Of a stretch of 64,000 nt of DNA, positions 13,441 to 28,085 are shown one piece after another (within the stretch, counting starts at the first letter, position 1; the number at the start of each line of letters is the position of its first letter). The stretch is from the human T2T-CHM13v2.0 reference genome, Homo sapiens. Both the position numbers and the translations under genes were made by a program. The stretch lies in assembly GCF_009914755.1 (NCBI RefSeq), contig NC_060931.1. The stretch is one strand, 5' to 3'. The notes beneath the pieces were generated by a model. The model ran no database searches. It saw only the letters and a program-made list of their open reading frames with translations, and was not told the DNA's origin.

Positions 13441-14292
13441 GAACTGCAGCACAGCCCTGGGCTTATTTTAAGAACATAAAACCTGTCTCACTAGACCCAA
13501 CTCTCTGCCCTGTTCCTTATTCTTTCTCAGTGTCACCAGAGGACACATCAGACACAGTTAGCCTTCCCCATGTCAACTCTAGATGGAGAGGAATGCCCCT
13601 CGAAGGAGTCTAGGCTGCCTCAGGATTTTACTATGGGTGGGAAACCAATGCATTTGTCCTTGCCCTTGGTTAAACGGTTATCTGAAGTTGGCTTATATTC
13701 ATCCTCTTACCATCCTTAACAGCAAGCTTGCCGCCAAATTCCGTCACTGATTATTTTGACTTGATGAAGCGTTGCTCTTGATCTACAGATTCCTCGGTGT
13801 GTTGTGGACTTTGATCGCTTGGCCAGCTGTAATCTGCCAGCTTGAACACGATTGATCTTCATGCACCAGGCACTCACACCTGCCCATTTGGCGGGGTTGC
13901 TTATGTCTTTCTCACACCTTCTAGCTTGTTCTTTCTTTTCTGGAGATCCAACAATCAGAAAAGCATTCCGTATTTATTCCTTAACTTATAAGGAACCTAT
14001 AAATAGGGCTCCTGTGTTTCTTTTCTTTTCCCCAAGACTGTGTTTGAAGGTTAATTTCAGGATTTTCTTGGCATCCTTAAAGCGGTGGGACTGTTCTAAA
14101 CTCCTTTGAACAAAATGTTGATTGAAGTGTTATCTTTTGTAATATACTCCTGGAGGGTTGTAGGGATTTGGAGGAAAGGTCAGAGTGATAGGGAGTGTTT
14201 TGGAGGAGGTGAGATTTGATCCAGCCCTTGAAGGATGGTGGGGTTTGTGGTGCTAGATGGCTGATGAGGTCATTTGTAGATAGGTGGAGAGG

Positions 14293-14462
14293 TGTATTAG
14301 CTGGTTTTGCGTTGATAGAAAGGAATACCTGAGGCTGGTAATTTATAAGGAAGCTGGCTCACAGTCATGCAGGCTGTTCATGGTGCCAGCATTGCTCAGC
14401 TTCTCTTGAGGCCTCAGGAAGCTTTTACCCATGATGGGAGGTGAGGGGAGCCGGCGTGTCAC
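14293..14462 (-). mobile_element. MST-type MaLR LTR fragment
   Basis: tgtattag...aatacctgaggctggtaatttataag...ggctcacagt...gaggcctcaggaagcttttac. Confidence 0.72.
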
Positions 14463-14559
14463 GTTCCTGAAAGCATGGTGTTTTTATTTTTTATTTATTT
14501 ATTTTCTTTACCTAATTGGTAAACAGGTGAATGCAGTTCTACTTGGAGACTCAGCCCAC

Positions 14560-14958
14560 CCAGCACAGAACTTCTCACACTGAATGAGAAGGCGCTGAGG
14601 TGATGTATGTGTAACCCAGGCAGCTCGTTAACATTTAGGTCCTGATTCGATGGGTCTGGAGTGACACCCACTGAGACTTCGCCTTTATAACCAGCTCCTA
14701 GGAGAGGTCTGTGGTGCTGGTTGTTGCTCCACTTTCAGGAACAAGGAGCTGAGTAACTCACCACGTGCTGGAAAACATGCCCTTTTCTTCGAATAACTCA
14801 GAACTAGACTCCCAGAGCATGGCCAGAGCCCTGGCTTCACCTGGGTGTGGAGTGGAAATGCAGGGTCTTGATTCCACCCCAGCCCTGCCGAGGCAGAATC
14901 TGCACTTGAACAGGATCCCCAGCTGAATCACGTACACACACAAGTTTGAGAAGCACTG
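14560..14958. mobile_element. One or two MER5-type hAT elements
   Basis: gattcgatgggtctggagtg...tttataaccagctcc and aaatgcag...gaatctgcacttgaacaggatcccc...aagtttgagaagcactg. Confidence 0.55.
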
Positions 14959-14970
14959 ACATGGAAGAGG

Positions 14971-15065
14971 CAGGTCTCAAGAATACCAGTAAAGCCAGAC
15001 GTGGCTTCCAGTAATGAAAGATACAGGTCTCAAGAACAGCAGTAAAGCCAGATGTGGTTTCCAGT
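14971..15065. repeat. Tandem duplication with a 53-bp period
   Basis: caggtctcaagaa(tac/cag)cagtaaagccaga(c/t)gtgg(c/t)ttccagt at 14971 and 15024. Confidence 0.88.
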
Positions 15066-15140
15066 GCTCAGAGACTGAAAATCCTGGCATCAAATTAAGC
15101 TAATTCGTAAGTGGGTTGAAATTAATTAATCAGAAAGGAC

Positions 15141-15333
15141 AAAATACAAAAAAATTAGCCACGCATGGTGGCACACACCTGTAATCCCAGCTACTTGGGA
15201 GGCTGAGGCAAGAGAATCACTTAAAACTGGGAGGCGGAGGTTGCAGTGAGCTGAGATCGCACCACTTCACTCCAGCCTGGGTGACAGAGTGACACTCTGT
15301 CTCACCGAAAAGAAAAGAAAAGAAAAAAGAAAA
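15141..15333 (+). mobile_element. 5'-truncated Alu (linker plus right arm)
   Basis: aaaatacaaaaaaattagcc...gacagagtgacactctgtctc followed by an (aaaag)n tail. Confidence 0.9.
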
Positions 15334-17633
15334 GTCTCTCTGAGTAAAATAAGAGTTGTACTAGGTTTGGAACAAGAAAAGATATTTATAAATGCATTTA
15401 AGATTTGTATTTTCAGCATCAGTTAGAACATCTTATCTATAGCCATTTCTTAGAAAAGTCTAGTTGTAAAAGAACAGTGATTTTTGCACATCTTGCTGAA
15501 TTATTTTTATTTATGTAAATAATAGCAGATGGACATGTATAATCATTTCTTTTCTAAATAAGTGTGCATAAAAATGAAGACATTGGAGAGCACTTCTAAT
15601 CCGAGAGACGTTATAAGGATTCAGCCAAAGACAGGATCCTTGGGGCTTCGGTTCCTAACCAGAGGGGCACCCCATGGACGAGCAGATCAACCCATTTTAA
15701 TTTTTTCATGTCTTAAGTAAAACCAGAGCTTCTCAAATGAGAAATTCACAACCAAACACTTAAAAGTGGTAGTACCCAGAATGGAAGAAATATTCTATCA
15801 GTCTGGGGCATTTTCTTTCCTCACATATTCCTACCCTAAGTGCAAATGTTCATACAACTATATTGATGAACACTTCCTCTGCCATGGTTTTAGATGATCA
15901 ATTTCTTATTTGTGTCATCTTTGAGAATGACAGACTCTGAGGTTCAAAACCTTATGGGGCTTCTATCCTAACCAACATCAAGGAACTATAAGTATTCAAC
16001 GTCCCAAAACAATAAAGAGTAAGTAAACAACTGCGTAGCTAACCAAGTCCCTCCTTTGTTCTGGAAGAATAATTTTGCGGGAAATCCTTGCTTTCTATTC
16101 AGGCATGTGGGGTACACCCTAAGCTCCTTAAACTCCCCGCCATCTTCCTCAGTGATATTTGCTCAGCATCCCTAGGTTGATTGGTCTATGCTGTGGATTT
16201 GAGCTATGCTGGTTACCAAAGTGCCTAGTTTTTTTCTCTTTCCCTCTCCGTGCCGACTTATGGGGCGTTTTACTTCTTATGTATGAGTTTTTCCATAGGT
16301 TGAACAGAGACCAAGTGAAATTTTTAAAGAAACAAATGACGCTCTCCTATTAGAAGCTTTGGGAGAGGTTTGGTAGAAGTGCCTATTGTAATTGACTTGC
16401 CATAATTACTTTTGGATTTTCTATAAATTTGCTATACAGCTGTTATTCATGCTGGGCATCACCCTGCTTTAAAACGGCATGAGTTGCTGGGTGCCTGAAC
16501 CACTCTTACTGTTCATTGGTTTGGATTGATAGTTTGCACAGTCCAGATTTGCTGAGTAATCATTGACCTGCCACGTTTTTAATAGGCCCACACTGACCAG
16601 CTTGGTTCTTAATATATTTGAACAATCACATAAATGGAATTAGGACTTCATTTTTTATTCACCTGCCTTCCAGTCTATGTGAACAGACTACTTATGTTTC
16701 TAGCAGCAGTAGCTCCCCCCTCACTAATGCTTGTGATAATATGCCCGTAAGTGAGTATCTTAGGAGGGATCTTAGCTGTGCTTTTGTGCACTTCACTCCA
16801 CACATACAGCCTCCGCCTGGTGCTCCCTCCCTCTCTCTGTCGTCAACTTTAGATTTATTGTCAGTGTTGATTTTCAACCAAAATATAGATGAGATTGTGT
16901 TGACATTTAGGAAAAAAACCTTGCTTCGTAGCAGATTGAGTAGAGAACCAGTTGGTTTAAATAGATAACCTTGGGTCATATCAGAAAATGCCTTGTTCTA
17001 GCAGAGTACTCTATTCTTGCACCGTGGGACTGACTTTATTCATTTAAAGGAAGCTGGGGCAGACGGGAAAAGAAATATTTTCTTCTCTGAAGACTTCCTG
17101 ATTTGTTTGTACCTCTGTTGTGACACCCAAGGGTAAGTCTGATATAGCGGTTTCTAACAAAATGAAAAGAGATGGGAAAACAGAAGAGGAAATTCCTCTC
17201 CAGTTGTGAATTATCGTTCTTCACTATCAAAGCATCCCTGTGCCTGGCTCGTTCTGTGGCCTTGTTTTCTCTGCTCCTGGTCCAAAACAATGACCCACCC
17301 ATTCCCAGAGATAGACAGGAGAGAACAATGTGTACACAAAAGAGAGGGACAGAGAGACCCCCAAAAGAAGCCAACACCCACCTCTGTCTCACCTGTGTGT
17401 TCAGATAGGGTGTGGCCGATTGTGCTGAGCCTGATTATTTACGCTTCTCAGAATCAGGGCTCTCCACTCAGGACAGTGAATCCCCAAAGAGGCTGAGCCC
17501 AGAACCTGCCCTGGGGGCAGCTGGTGCCACCGTGCTGGTAGACGACACAGCCCAGCCAAAGCCACCTGGAGATGAGGGTAGCACAAATCCTCTCTCCATC
17601 CTCCGCATCCTCCGGCGGGAAATGCTCCTGGAT

Positions 17634-17922
17634 CTTTTTTTTTTTTTTTTTTTTTTTTTGAGACAGGCTGGAGTACAGTGGCTTGATCATAGCTCACTAC
17701 AGCCTTGACCTCCTGGGCTCAAGTGATCCTCCTGTCTCAGACTCCTGAGTAGCTGGGACTACAGGCTTGCACCACCACTCCCAGCTAATTTAAAAAAAAT
17801 GTTTCTAGATACAGAGTTTTACCATGTTGCCATGGCTGGTCTCAAACTTCTGGGCTCAAGTAATCTTCCTGCCTCAGCCTCCCATAATGCTGGGATTACA
17901 GGTGTGAGCCGCTGCACCCAGC
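17634..17922 (-). mobile_element. Alu (AluJ-like)
   Basis: Poly-T, then gagacaggctggagtacagtgg...ctcctgggctcaagtgatcctcc...gtgagccgctgcacccagc. Confidence 0.9.
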
Positions 17923-19739
17923 TGATCCTGGTGTTCGGACACGGGATGCTGTTCCATTCCTGGAGCTGTTTTGGAATGAACGCTATCAAAGGATGTGGTT
18001 AGCTTCAGTTGTTTACTGCTCCTCATCATTTTGGAACATTGAGTAGTCTGTCACTTGATGTTGGTTAGGATAGAACCCCTGCAAGATTTTCTTCCTCAGA
18101 GTTCATGCTCCTCAAACTTGAAATAAACAAGACACTGATTATCTAAAAGCATGGCAGAGGAAGTGTTCATTGATATATTTGTATAAACCTTTGCATTTAA
18201 GGTGGGAATACGTGAGAAAAAAAGTGCCCTATGACTGATAAAAATATTTCTTCTGTTCCAGGTACTACTGCCTTTCAGCATTTGGTTGTGAATTTCTAAC
18301 TTGAGAAGGTCTGGTTTTACTTAAGATATGAAAAAATAAAAAGGGGGGTGACCTGTTGGTCCATGGAGTGCCCTTTGTGGTTAGAAACTGAAGCCCTAAG
18401 AAACCTGTCTCTCAAAAGGTTGGCGCTTGGTTCTGTGTGTTTTTCCCATGGCTAGGGGAAGGTGTGGAAGAGAAAGCTTTCTGTTTGGTGTTGTTCCTGT
18501 TAAGAAAGTCTTCAAAATGTAACAAACAGTCCTGGGGGCATTCACCAGCCGCACGGCATCCAGGCAGGCCTCTTTGTAACTAGACGGTGAATTTACCTTC
18601 TGCCTGAATAGCGGTAATTTCTACTCTGTGAGTTGAACAGTGGTATCTGTAGCAAGAGAAAATAACTTCAATTTAGTCAGGTTTTCTAAAGATCTTCCTT
18701 GTATTTTAAGGAGGGGCCATAATTGTGAATTTCAAGATACACTTTCTGAACAGACTGTGACCCCCTTCCCTCTTATTTATCTCCTTTTTTCTTTCTCTCC
18801 TGTGTTCAAACCATTTGTTAAGACAATTTTCTGTTTTCTCCAGGGACTGGGGATTGAATGTCTTTGTTCTTGGTTTATCTATTAAAGACACTTTTCTAGT
18901 TACAGATACTGTTTGTGAATCACAGGCTATGCAAAGAACATCTGATTATCAGCGGACTGGAGCCCAGCAAACAGTCACAAACATCCCAGAGCTTTCCTGC
19001 CTTTCTGAAAATGTGCATGCAAAATTCTTGACATGAGGAAGTTGTAGGAACAGGTGTTGATGTCTATTTGGAAAGTGTAAAGTTACACTTATGCAATTTT
19101 AGCAAACATCTATTAGGCACTTACTGTTTGCCAGATGCTCTGAAGCATGCAGGGATCCACAAGTATCACGTGCCTTCCAGGAATTTGCAAGGAGTGGGGC
19201 CGATAAGCACGTGTCCAAATGCGCAAGGCTGAAAGAGATGGGCTCTTGTCCTACTTTCCCCAGAAGTAGAGCCTGTGAGCTCAACAAAGATGTACGTGCA
19301 ATAGTGCACTGAGCGGTGACCCCAGAAAGTGTGAGTAGAGGAGTGTGCAAAGGACACAGCATGGAAAGGCACTGGTGAGCTCTCATCAGTGAGCATTCAT
19401 CAGTGTGGTGAGCAGCGAGGTTCAGCCCCGAGGCAACCCCAGGGAGACTGTGCAAAGCCCCTTCGGTGTTGCTTACCCAAGGAGGGGAGGAAGCCTGGAT
19501 ATTTATGCATCAACTCCCCTCTTGTATTGGCAAGAACAACTTTGAGAGCATTCTTTTCTGTCTGTCTGCCTCACCTTTGTAAGCCGGTCATATCTCTGGC
19601 CACAGAATGGCCTTTGGTAGGAACTGATGGGTACTTGCAAAAAGCCCTGGGCCTGTTGGTGAATGGTGAGTGCCAGGGACGATGGGCAGGGCACAGGCAG
19701 CACCTGCCACAAAGCCATATTAACAGAGTGTAGCAGGTG

Positions 19740-21225
<1,486 letters not shown>

Positions 21226-21699
21226 AATGGGGGGAAAAAAAGAAGTATACCAAAGTACAAAGAGGAAAGGCCACTTTAATCAAGGGTACTGGGAAGCCTG
21301 CCTGGAGGAGGCGCTGTGTCCTCTGGGCCCTGCTGGATGGGTGGGATTTCAGGAGGCAGCAGTAGGGGTGGGGACGAGTTAGGAATGGAGAGAGCTGTTA
21401 CAGGTGGGGACACTCAGGTCCGAGGAGGGCAGAGGGGAATGTTTCAGAGAATGCCACACGGTCAGGTGTAGCCGAAGCTCAGGAATGTTGGAACTCGGAG
21501 AGGCTGTGAAAGAGAAGCCCTGGCTGCCTGGCCATGATCATCATGTGCCTGGTCTTGACTGGCATGTCAAGAATACTGTCCGTGCAGTGGCGTGTGCCCC
21601 AGGAGCACGGCAGTTCTCAACAAGACTGCACCGAGATCTGGAGATGAAACTTCTCAGCTCTCTTACATTTGGCCATGCGGAGGTCTACCCAGGAAGGAC

Positions 21700-21900
21700 A
21701 GCCTTGTCCCAAGGACCTCACTCTGTTCACTCAACAGGTATTTATGAGGCCCCTATGACATGTCAGGCATTGTTCTAGGCCCTGGGAATGTGGGCAGAAC
21801 AGGGCAGATGAAAATGCCTGTGCTCATGGTCATGCGTTCCAGTGGGGGAGAGACAGACATGAACAAAACCAGCACAAGTCATTCTTCAGATGGAGCTGAG
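21700..21900. mobile_element. L2 LINE 3'-end fragment
   Basis: ttcactcaacaggtatttatgaggcccctatg..tgtcaggcattgttctaggccctgggaat...agtgggggagagacagac. Confidence 0.55.
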
Positions 21901-22348
21901 AACCACGGGGAAGACCAAAGGCCATGCGGCAGAACCACCCAGCCTGCAGAGGCGGGATCATCAGGGCAGTGTCCTCACCGCTCTTCTTAAACACTGGGCT
22001 TAACAGGAGGCTTTTGTGGACATTAAAAACAAAATCGCAGGTCCGTTTGGATCCCTCCATTCCAAGGTTTAAACACAATGGTGTTCGCTGGACGGATCTA
22101 AGAATCTTAGCCACTCTGCCTAGCAGCCTCTCAATGTTTTGTGTCTCTCGTTTCAACTTTGAAAAGAGCTTTGTGCCAGGGAGCTCCTGCAGTTTGGGTC
22201 GAGGAGGACCAAGGCTTCAAAGGCCCCTGCCCGCGCGTCCTGCAGGTTCCCATTGTCCGTGTTAATAGCCTCAGATGGGCATCAGTTGCCCTGATGGGCT
22301 TGGGCTCCACGCCCGGGCTTGCATGTTTGGCAAAATTACTCAAGAGCA

Positions 22349-22646
22349 TTTCTTTTTTTTTTCTTTGAGACAGAGTCTCACTCTGTCGCCCAGACTGGAG
22401 TGCAGTGACGTAATCTCGGCTCACTGCAACCTCCGCCTCCCATGTTCAAGCAGTTCTCCTGTCTCAGCCTTCTGAGTAACTGGGATTACAGGCACCTACC
22501 ACCACGCCCGGCTAATTTTGTATATTTAGTAGAAACGGGATTTCACCATGTTGCCCACACTGGTCTTGAACTCCTGACCTCAGGCGATCCACCTGCCTTG
22601 ACCTCCCAAAGTGCTGGGATTACAGGCATAAGCTACCGCACCTGGC
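22349..22646 (-). mobile_element. Alu (AluS-like)
   Basis: Full dimer; gaactcctgacctcaggcgatccacc. Confidence 0.92.
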
Positions 22647-22871
22647 TTCCAGGCCATTTCTTATCACAGCTAAAAGTGATCTGTTACGTGGCTGGTTACA
22701 TTCTCAGCAACTTTAGAATTCTATTCAGAAGTGGACCTAATCTTGAGACAAATACCCTCTTACCCCTTGGTCCACTGAAAAGACTTATGATCCCAGTCTT
22801 TCTATTGGTGATGGTTCTTCTATTCAGTGGGAGATTATGCATTTATGTGTTTGGATAGAAATTAGATCCTC

Positions 22872-23197
<326 letters not shown>

Positions 23198-24545
23198 TCA
23201 GATATTTGGATCACTCTAGCATCCAATCATGCAGCTCCTAAATATGCTCCTAAATCATGCAGGTCCAATCACGCACCTGTTTTACGGTTTATCAATTTGT
23301 GCTCATCCTGAACTAAATAAACAAATCCATGAGCCAACTGCAGCACTGTCTTTTATCACCTTCGTTTTTCTCTGCCCAGTAAAAAGCTGAAGAAGATACA
23401 TTCTTTGTTACCTTCCATTCATTTCCAAATGTGTAACTTTTCAAATATGTTATAAATGAGAAGAAAAGAAACTGCTGGATTGTCAAACTGTCATTTTATT
23501 TATCGTCTCTCGTCAGTAGAAAAGTCCAGAAGCAGTGCGTTGAGATGAAAATGAAGGTGCGTGAAAGAGAGAATTGGAAATGGGATATACGACCGTATTT
23601 CCTCTCTTTCCCTTTCCCTCCCTCCTGCTGGGCAGGAAACGAGAAGAACCTAGTCAGCGGGGAATACCTGTCTCCAGGGAATTTTTTGGGATTAGATCTT
23701 TTGGGGTTGGGTTTGTGAGGGGGCCTGCCCTGTCCCCACACATGTGATTCCTCTCACTGCACAATCCTGATGCCTTTGGCATTCGTGATTGCCTTCTGGA
23801 TGATGAACTATAAAGGAGGCAGCTCTTAAAAGAATAGAAAATGTCTTCCAGACACAACAAAATATACACTCAGAAATGTATAAACCAGCTTCCCACGTCC
23901 AGGGGCTGGGCCAGTACAGATTAAGAAGGTGAACGTGTGGAAGGTAAAGGGTGGGAGGAATTTTCTATTTCGTGAACTTGTTTTTTTCTTGTTAGAAAGG
24001 AAATCACAGTGTATTTCAGTTTCCACAATAAAGTGCATCTCAGAATTGCCCAGGTTCTGCCACAAGAGACTTACCTCTTGGTGGGCTGGGGATGACCTGG
24101 ATCTCCCTGCTGCCTGCACGTCTTTCACTTTGGACATTTTAAGAAAAAAATAATAATGTATCTGGGTTCTTGGAGATATATACATATATATGTGTATGTA
24201 TATCTGAGTCTCTTTAAAAATAGGTATCCCGGGAGCAGAGCCACAGCCTGAGCTATCCAGATGCCTGCTCCCCTTGGTGGAAAGAGATCCGACACACCTG
24301 TTGCTCTGAGATGCTTTTGCAGACAGGAAAGCTCTTAATTCCTTTGCTAGGCCATTTTAACAATGCAGAGAAAGGTGACAGTCTTCACGTAGTCCCAAAG
24401 GCAATTAATAAGCAAAAAACTTACCTGATTTTAAGTGAAGTGTCACGGAGCTGTCTTCACCCAGCCCATGAAAAACCACCAGTGCACCTTGAGACGCGTA
24501 GGCAATGTTCAAGGCCAGGAAAGACTCACCAGTTCCTGTGCTTCC

Positions 24546-24749
24546 CATTGTCAGAAAGCAGGTGGAGGATGGCCGGAGCCACCCTGGCTGCAGAAACTGA
24601 CCTACAGAACTTCTCATTGTCAGAAAGCAGGTGGAGGATGGCCGGAGCCACCCTGGCTGCAGAAACTGACCTACAGAACTTCTCATTGTCAGAAAGCAGG
24701 TGGAGGATGGCCGGAGCCACCCTGGCTGCAGAAACTGACCTACAGAACT
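24546..24749. repeat. 69-bp tandem repeat, ~3 identical copies
   Basis: cattgtcagaaagcaggtggaggatggccggagccaccctggctgcagaaactgacctacagaact starts at 24546, 24615 and 24684. Confidence 0.95.
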
Positions 24750-25071
24750 GAACAGAATAGTGATTCAAGTTGGATATTTAGAATATCTAAACGTGCTTTG
24801 CGGGACAGTGAAACCCTGCTTGGTGGAGGTCAGGACTTCTGCTTCTGTATAGCTCTGCATTCCTTAGCCACCGTCCTGCAAGGCAAACGCGAAAACGCAT
24901 CTTAAAACTCGAGCAGAAGTAGCCTTGGTTGTATGCCTGAAAATGCCTGTTCGTTTGGAAAAAGACAATAGCTTCCCGTTTTATGGCATCTTCTTCTTCC
25001 TTCCCAGCCCTGGCCATCGTTCTCACTGTCCTCAGCGGACTCCCTGGGCCTCCTCTTTAAAGGTCAGTGCT

Positions 25072-25402
<331 letters not shown>

Positions 25403-26417
25403 TCACACTCTCATGGAGTGGCCTCTTGATCTCCTACTTTCAATCACCGCCCATGTACCCCCTGAACCTGCGCACCTGGGTACCCCGCAGGCACGTCTTA
25501 GGAAGCTTGGGCAGCTTCTGCAGAACGCCTTCCCTTCTCCCTCCTGACCCACCAGCACTGCCACTCCCAGACCCCCGTCTGTCTCCTGAGCTTTCTCCCT
25601 TATAAGCTGCCCAGCCACCCACCAAGCAGCTCAAGCGAGAAACCTGGAGAGAAGCAAGGGGTCTTAGGTGCCTCTGTCCCTCTCTCCTCTCCCTTTGTCC
25701 CCTTCTGTCATACTCACCCCCGTCTTTCTTCCTCCTCTTAGCAACACCCTTGACCCATTGGACTTTGCAGCCTTTTCCCAAACCGTGTGGTAGGCTTTGG
25801 TTGTGGCTCCCTGACCGTGCTCCCACCCGCTCTAGACAGTGTGCAAGCCTGGCCATGGCTTTCCTCCTTGACGCCCTTGGCTGCCTCTCCATTCCCTGAT
25901 GGATCAAGTCCACACTCCTGAGTGTGGCGCTCCTGCCTCCTCCGTGGCCAGCTGTGGCCACGCCCATGCCCCCCCACTGCCCCTCAACCACCAAGAACTG
26001 CTTCCTTTTTCCCAAATGGGCCAAACGGGTTCCCTCCTTTTCTCCTATTCCTGAAATGCCTTTCCTTCCATTGTCTGACTGGGGGATGCCTATCCATCTT
26101 CCCTGCTCAAACCTTTCCCAATTTCTCCTGGAAGAACTGACCTCAACGCCACACCCACACTCCACGGCCTGCCATCTCCCTTCTCTTTGGCTTTCGTAGC
26201 TCCGCCACAATGTGCTTGCTCTGTTCATGTGGCTGCCATCCTCCACCAAACTCGAACCTCTTTGACGAAGTGGACGTTAGGCAGTTCAACTTTGTATCCC
26301 CAGCACCTGCCACCATGCTCCTGAAATAAGAGGCAGTTGTTACAGTTGCAGTCATCCTGTAGCAATCGTGATCTGCTGGTGATAACCAGCCGTGGTATAT
26401 TTGGACAAGACTTCATT

Positions 26418-26716
26418 CTTTTTTTTTTTTTTTTTTTGAGACACAGTCTTGCTCTGTCGCCCAAGCTGGAGTGCAGTGGCGTGATCTTGGCTCACCTCAA
26501 GCTCCGCCTCCCAGGTTCATGCCATTCTCCTGCCTCAGCCTCCCGTAGCTGGGACTACAGGCGCCCGCCACCATGCCCAGCTAATTTTTTGTATTTTTAG
26601 TGGAGACGGGGTTTCACCGTGTTAGCTAGGATGGTCTCGATCTCCTGACCTCATGATCCGCCCACCCAAGCCTCCCAAAGTGCTGGGATTACAGGCGTGA
26701 GCCACTGCACCCGGCC
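26418..26716 (-). mobile_element. Alu (AluY-like)
   Basis: caagctccgcctcc...gccattctcctgcctcagcc...ggatggtctcgatctcctgacctc; TSD aagacttca(t/g)tct. Confidence 0.93.
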
Positions 26717-27859
26717 AAGACTTCAGTCTTCTCTCAGCAAGTGCTTATAGTCAGACTGTTGTCATTTAGGCACTTTGCTGGGTACAGAGATAAATAAGAC
26801 ATGCGTCCCTCCTTATTTCACATGGACCAGCCCACCAGCAGGTAATGACTCTGCAGAGACGGGGCAGTGTCAGAGGAGCAGGGGTCCCCAAGGCAGCAGC
26901 TTGAGAGGGATCCCTTCATCTTCTCTCCAGATAACCAGTTGGCAAAATTCTAAAGCATTTTTCTAACTGTTATCTTATCTGGACAACACGATCAAAAAAT
27001 ACTATGATAGGATGTTGGAAAAAGATTTAAAAGAAGCCAAAGAACATATTGCTCAACATTGAGCTTTTAAAATAGGGTCTTTTTCCGTGTGTGTGTGTGT
27101 TTTAAAAAAATGTTTTCTCTTGTTTCTACAAGTTTTAGACCAATTATTTTTGGAGCAGGAAGATACTGAGTTTTCAGATGGTCCTGTAGACCCCCTTACC
27201 TGCTGGTTTTTTGGTGGAATCCTGTTTCTACAAAAAGAAAACCCCATAGATGTAGACACACTAAAAAGGAAAACCCTGGAGATTGTTTTTAATCTTAGAA
27301 TTTGTGGCACTTGTACTACGGTTTTTCTCGTAACAAAGCCGCTTCTCGTTGGAAATGTCTATTTATGTGGTTCATGTTGCCCATGTCCACTTGGAGGTTA
27401 TGCCTGAGTCTCATGGCTCAGGGAGAATATGACTCAGCATCTTTTGGTTGAGGGCAGCTTTGACCTCATTGTTTTCTGGTGTGGCACAGGGAGCAGCCTG
27501 GCCACGTGCGGGGAACGGCCCATGGCCTGTCCCTGTTCGAGCTGGCTGCTGCGAAAGTTTCAAGAGGCGTATTCGCCAGGAGCACTCGGCTGTGAATCCA
27601 GACACGGAAGACAGTGGTTTTAATAGAGTAAACCAAAATGTAGGATTTGCTCTCTCCGATATTCTGGAAAATCCCACTGCTTTAGGGCATAGACTTTTCC
27701 TGAAAATAGAAGGCTGTGTTTTTTAATGAGGTGCTGAGATCTTTGTAACAAAAGTGGGGGAGCAACTGTGCTCAGAGCCCTGAGGGCAGGATGTTCCCTC
27801 TGAGCTGTGGCCGGACTTCCCGCCTTCCCACCAGGCTCAAGGTTCAGCAGCCACCTTGG

Positions 27860-28085
27860 CCTCTGCCTCCCCGTCCCCTCCCCCTCCCTTCCCCTCTCCC
27901 CTCCCCCTCCCCATCCCCCTCCCCCTTCTCCTTCTTCCCTCTTCCGTTCTTCCCCTTCCCTCCTCCCTGCCTTCCTTCCCTCCCCCCTCTTCCTTCCTTC
28001 CATTACCTCCTCCCCCTCCCCCCTCCTCCCCTCCCCTCCCTTCTTTCCCCTTCTCCCCCCACTTCCTCCTCCTCCGTCCTCCCCA
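27860..28085. repeat. Polypyrimidine low-complexity tract
   Basis: About 225 nt of almost pure C/T (ccctcccctct..., ccttcc). Confidence 0.9.

Noticed and set aside
25440-26249. 269-aa minus-strand ORF
   Set aside because: No recognisable domain; the purine-rich strand of probably ancient LINE-derived sequence, naturally depleted of stops.
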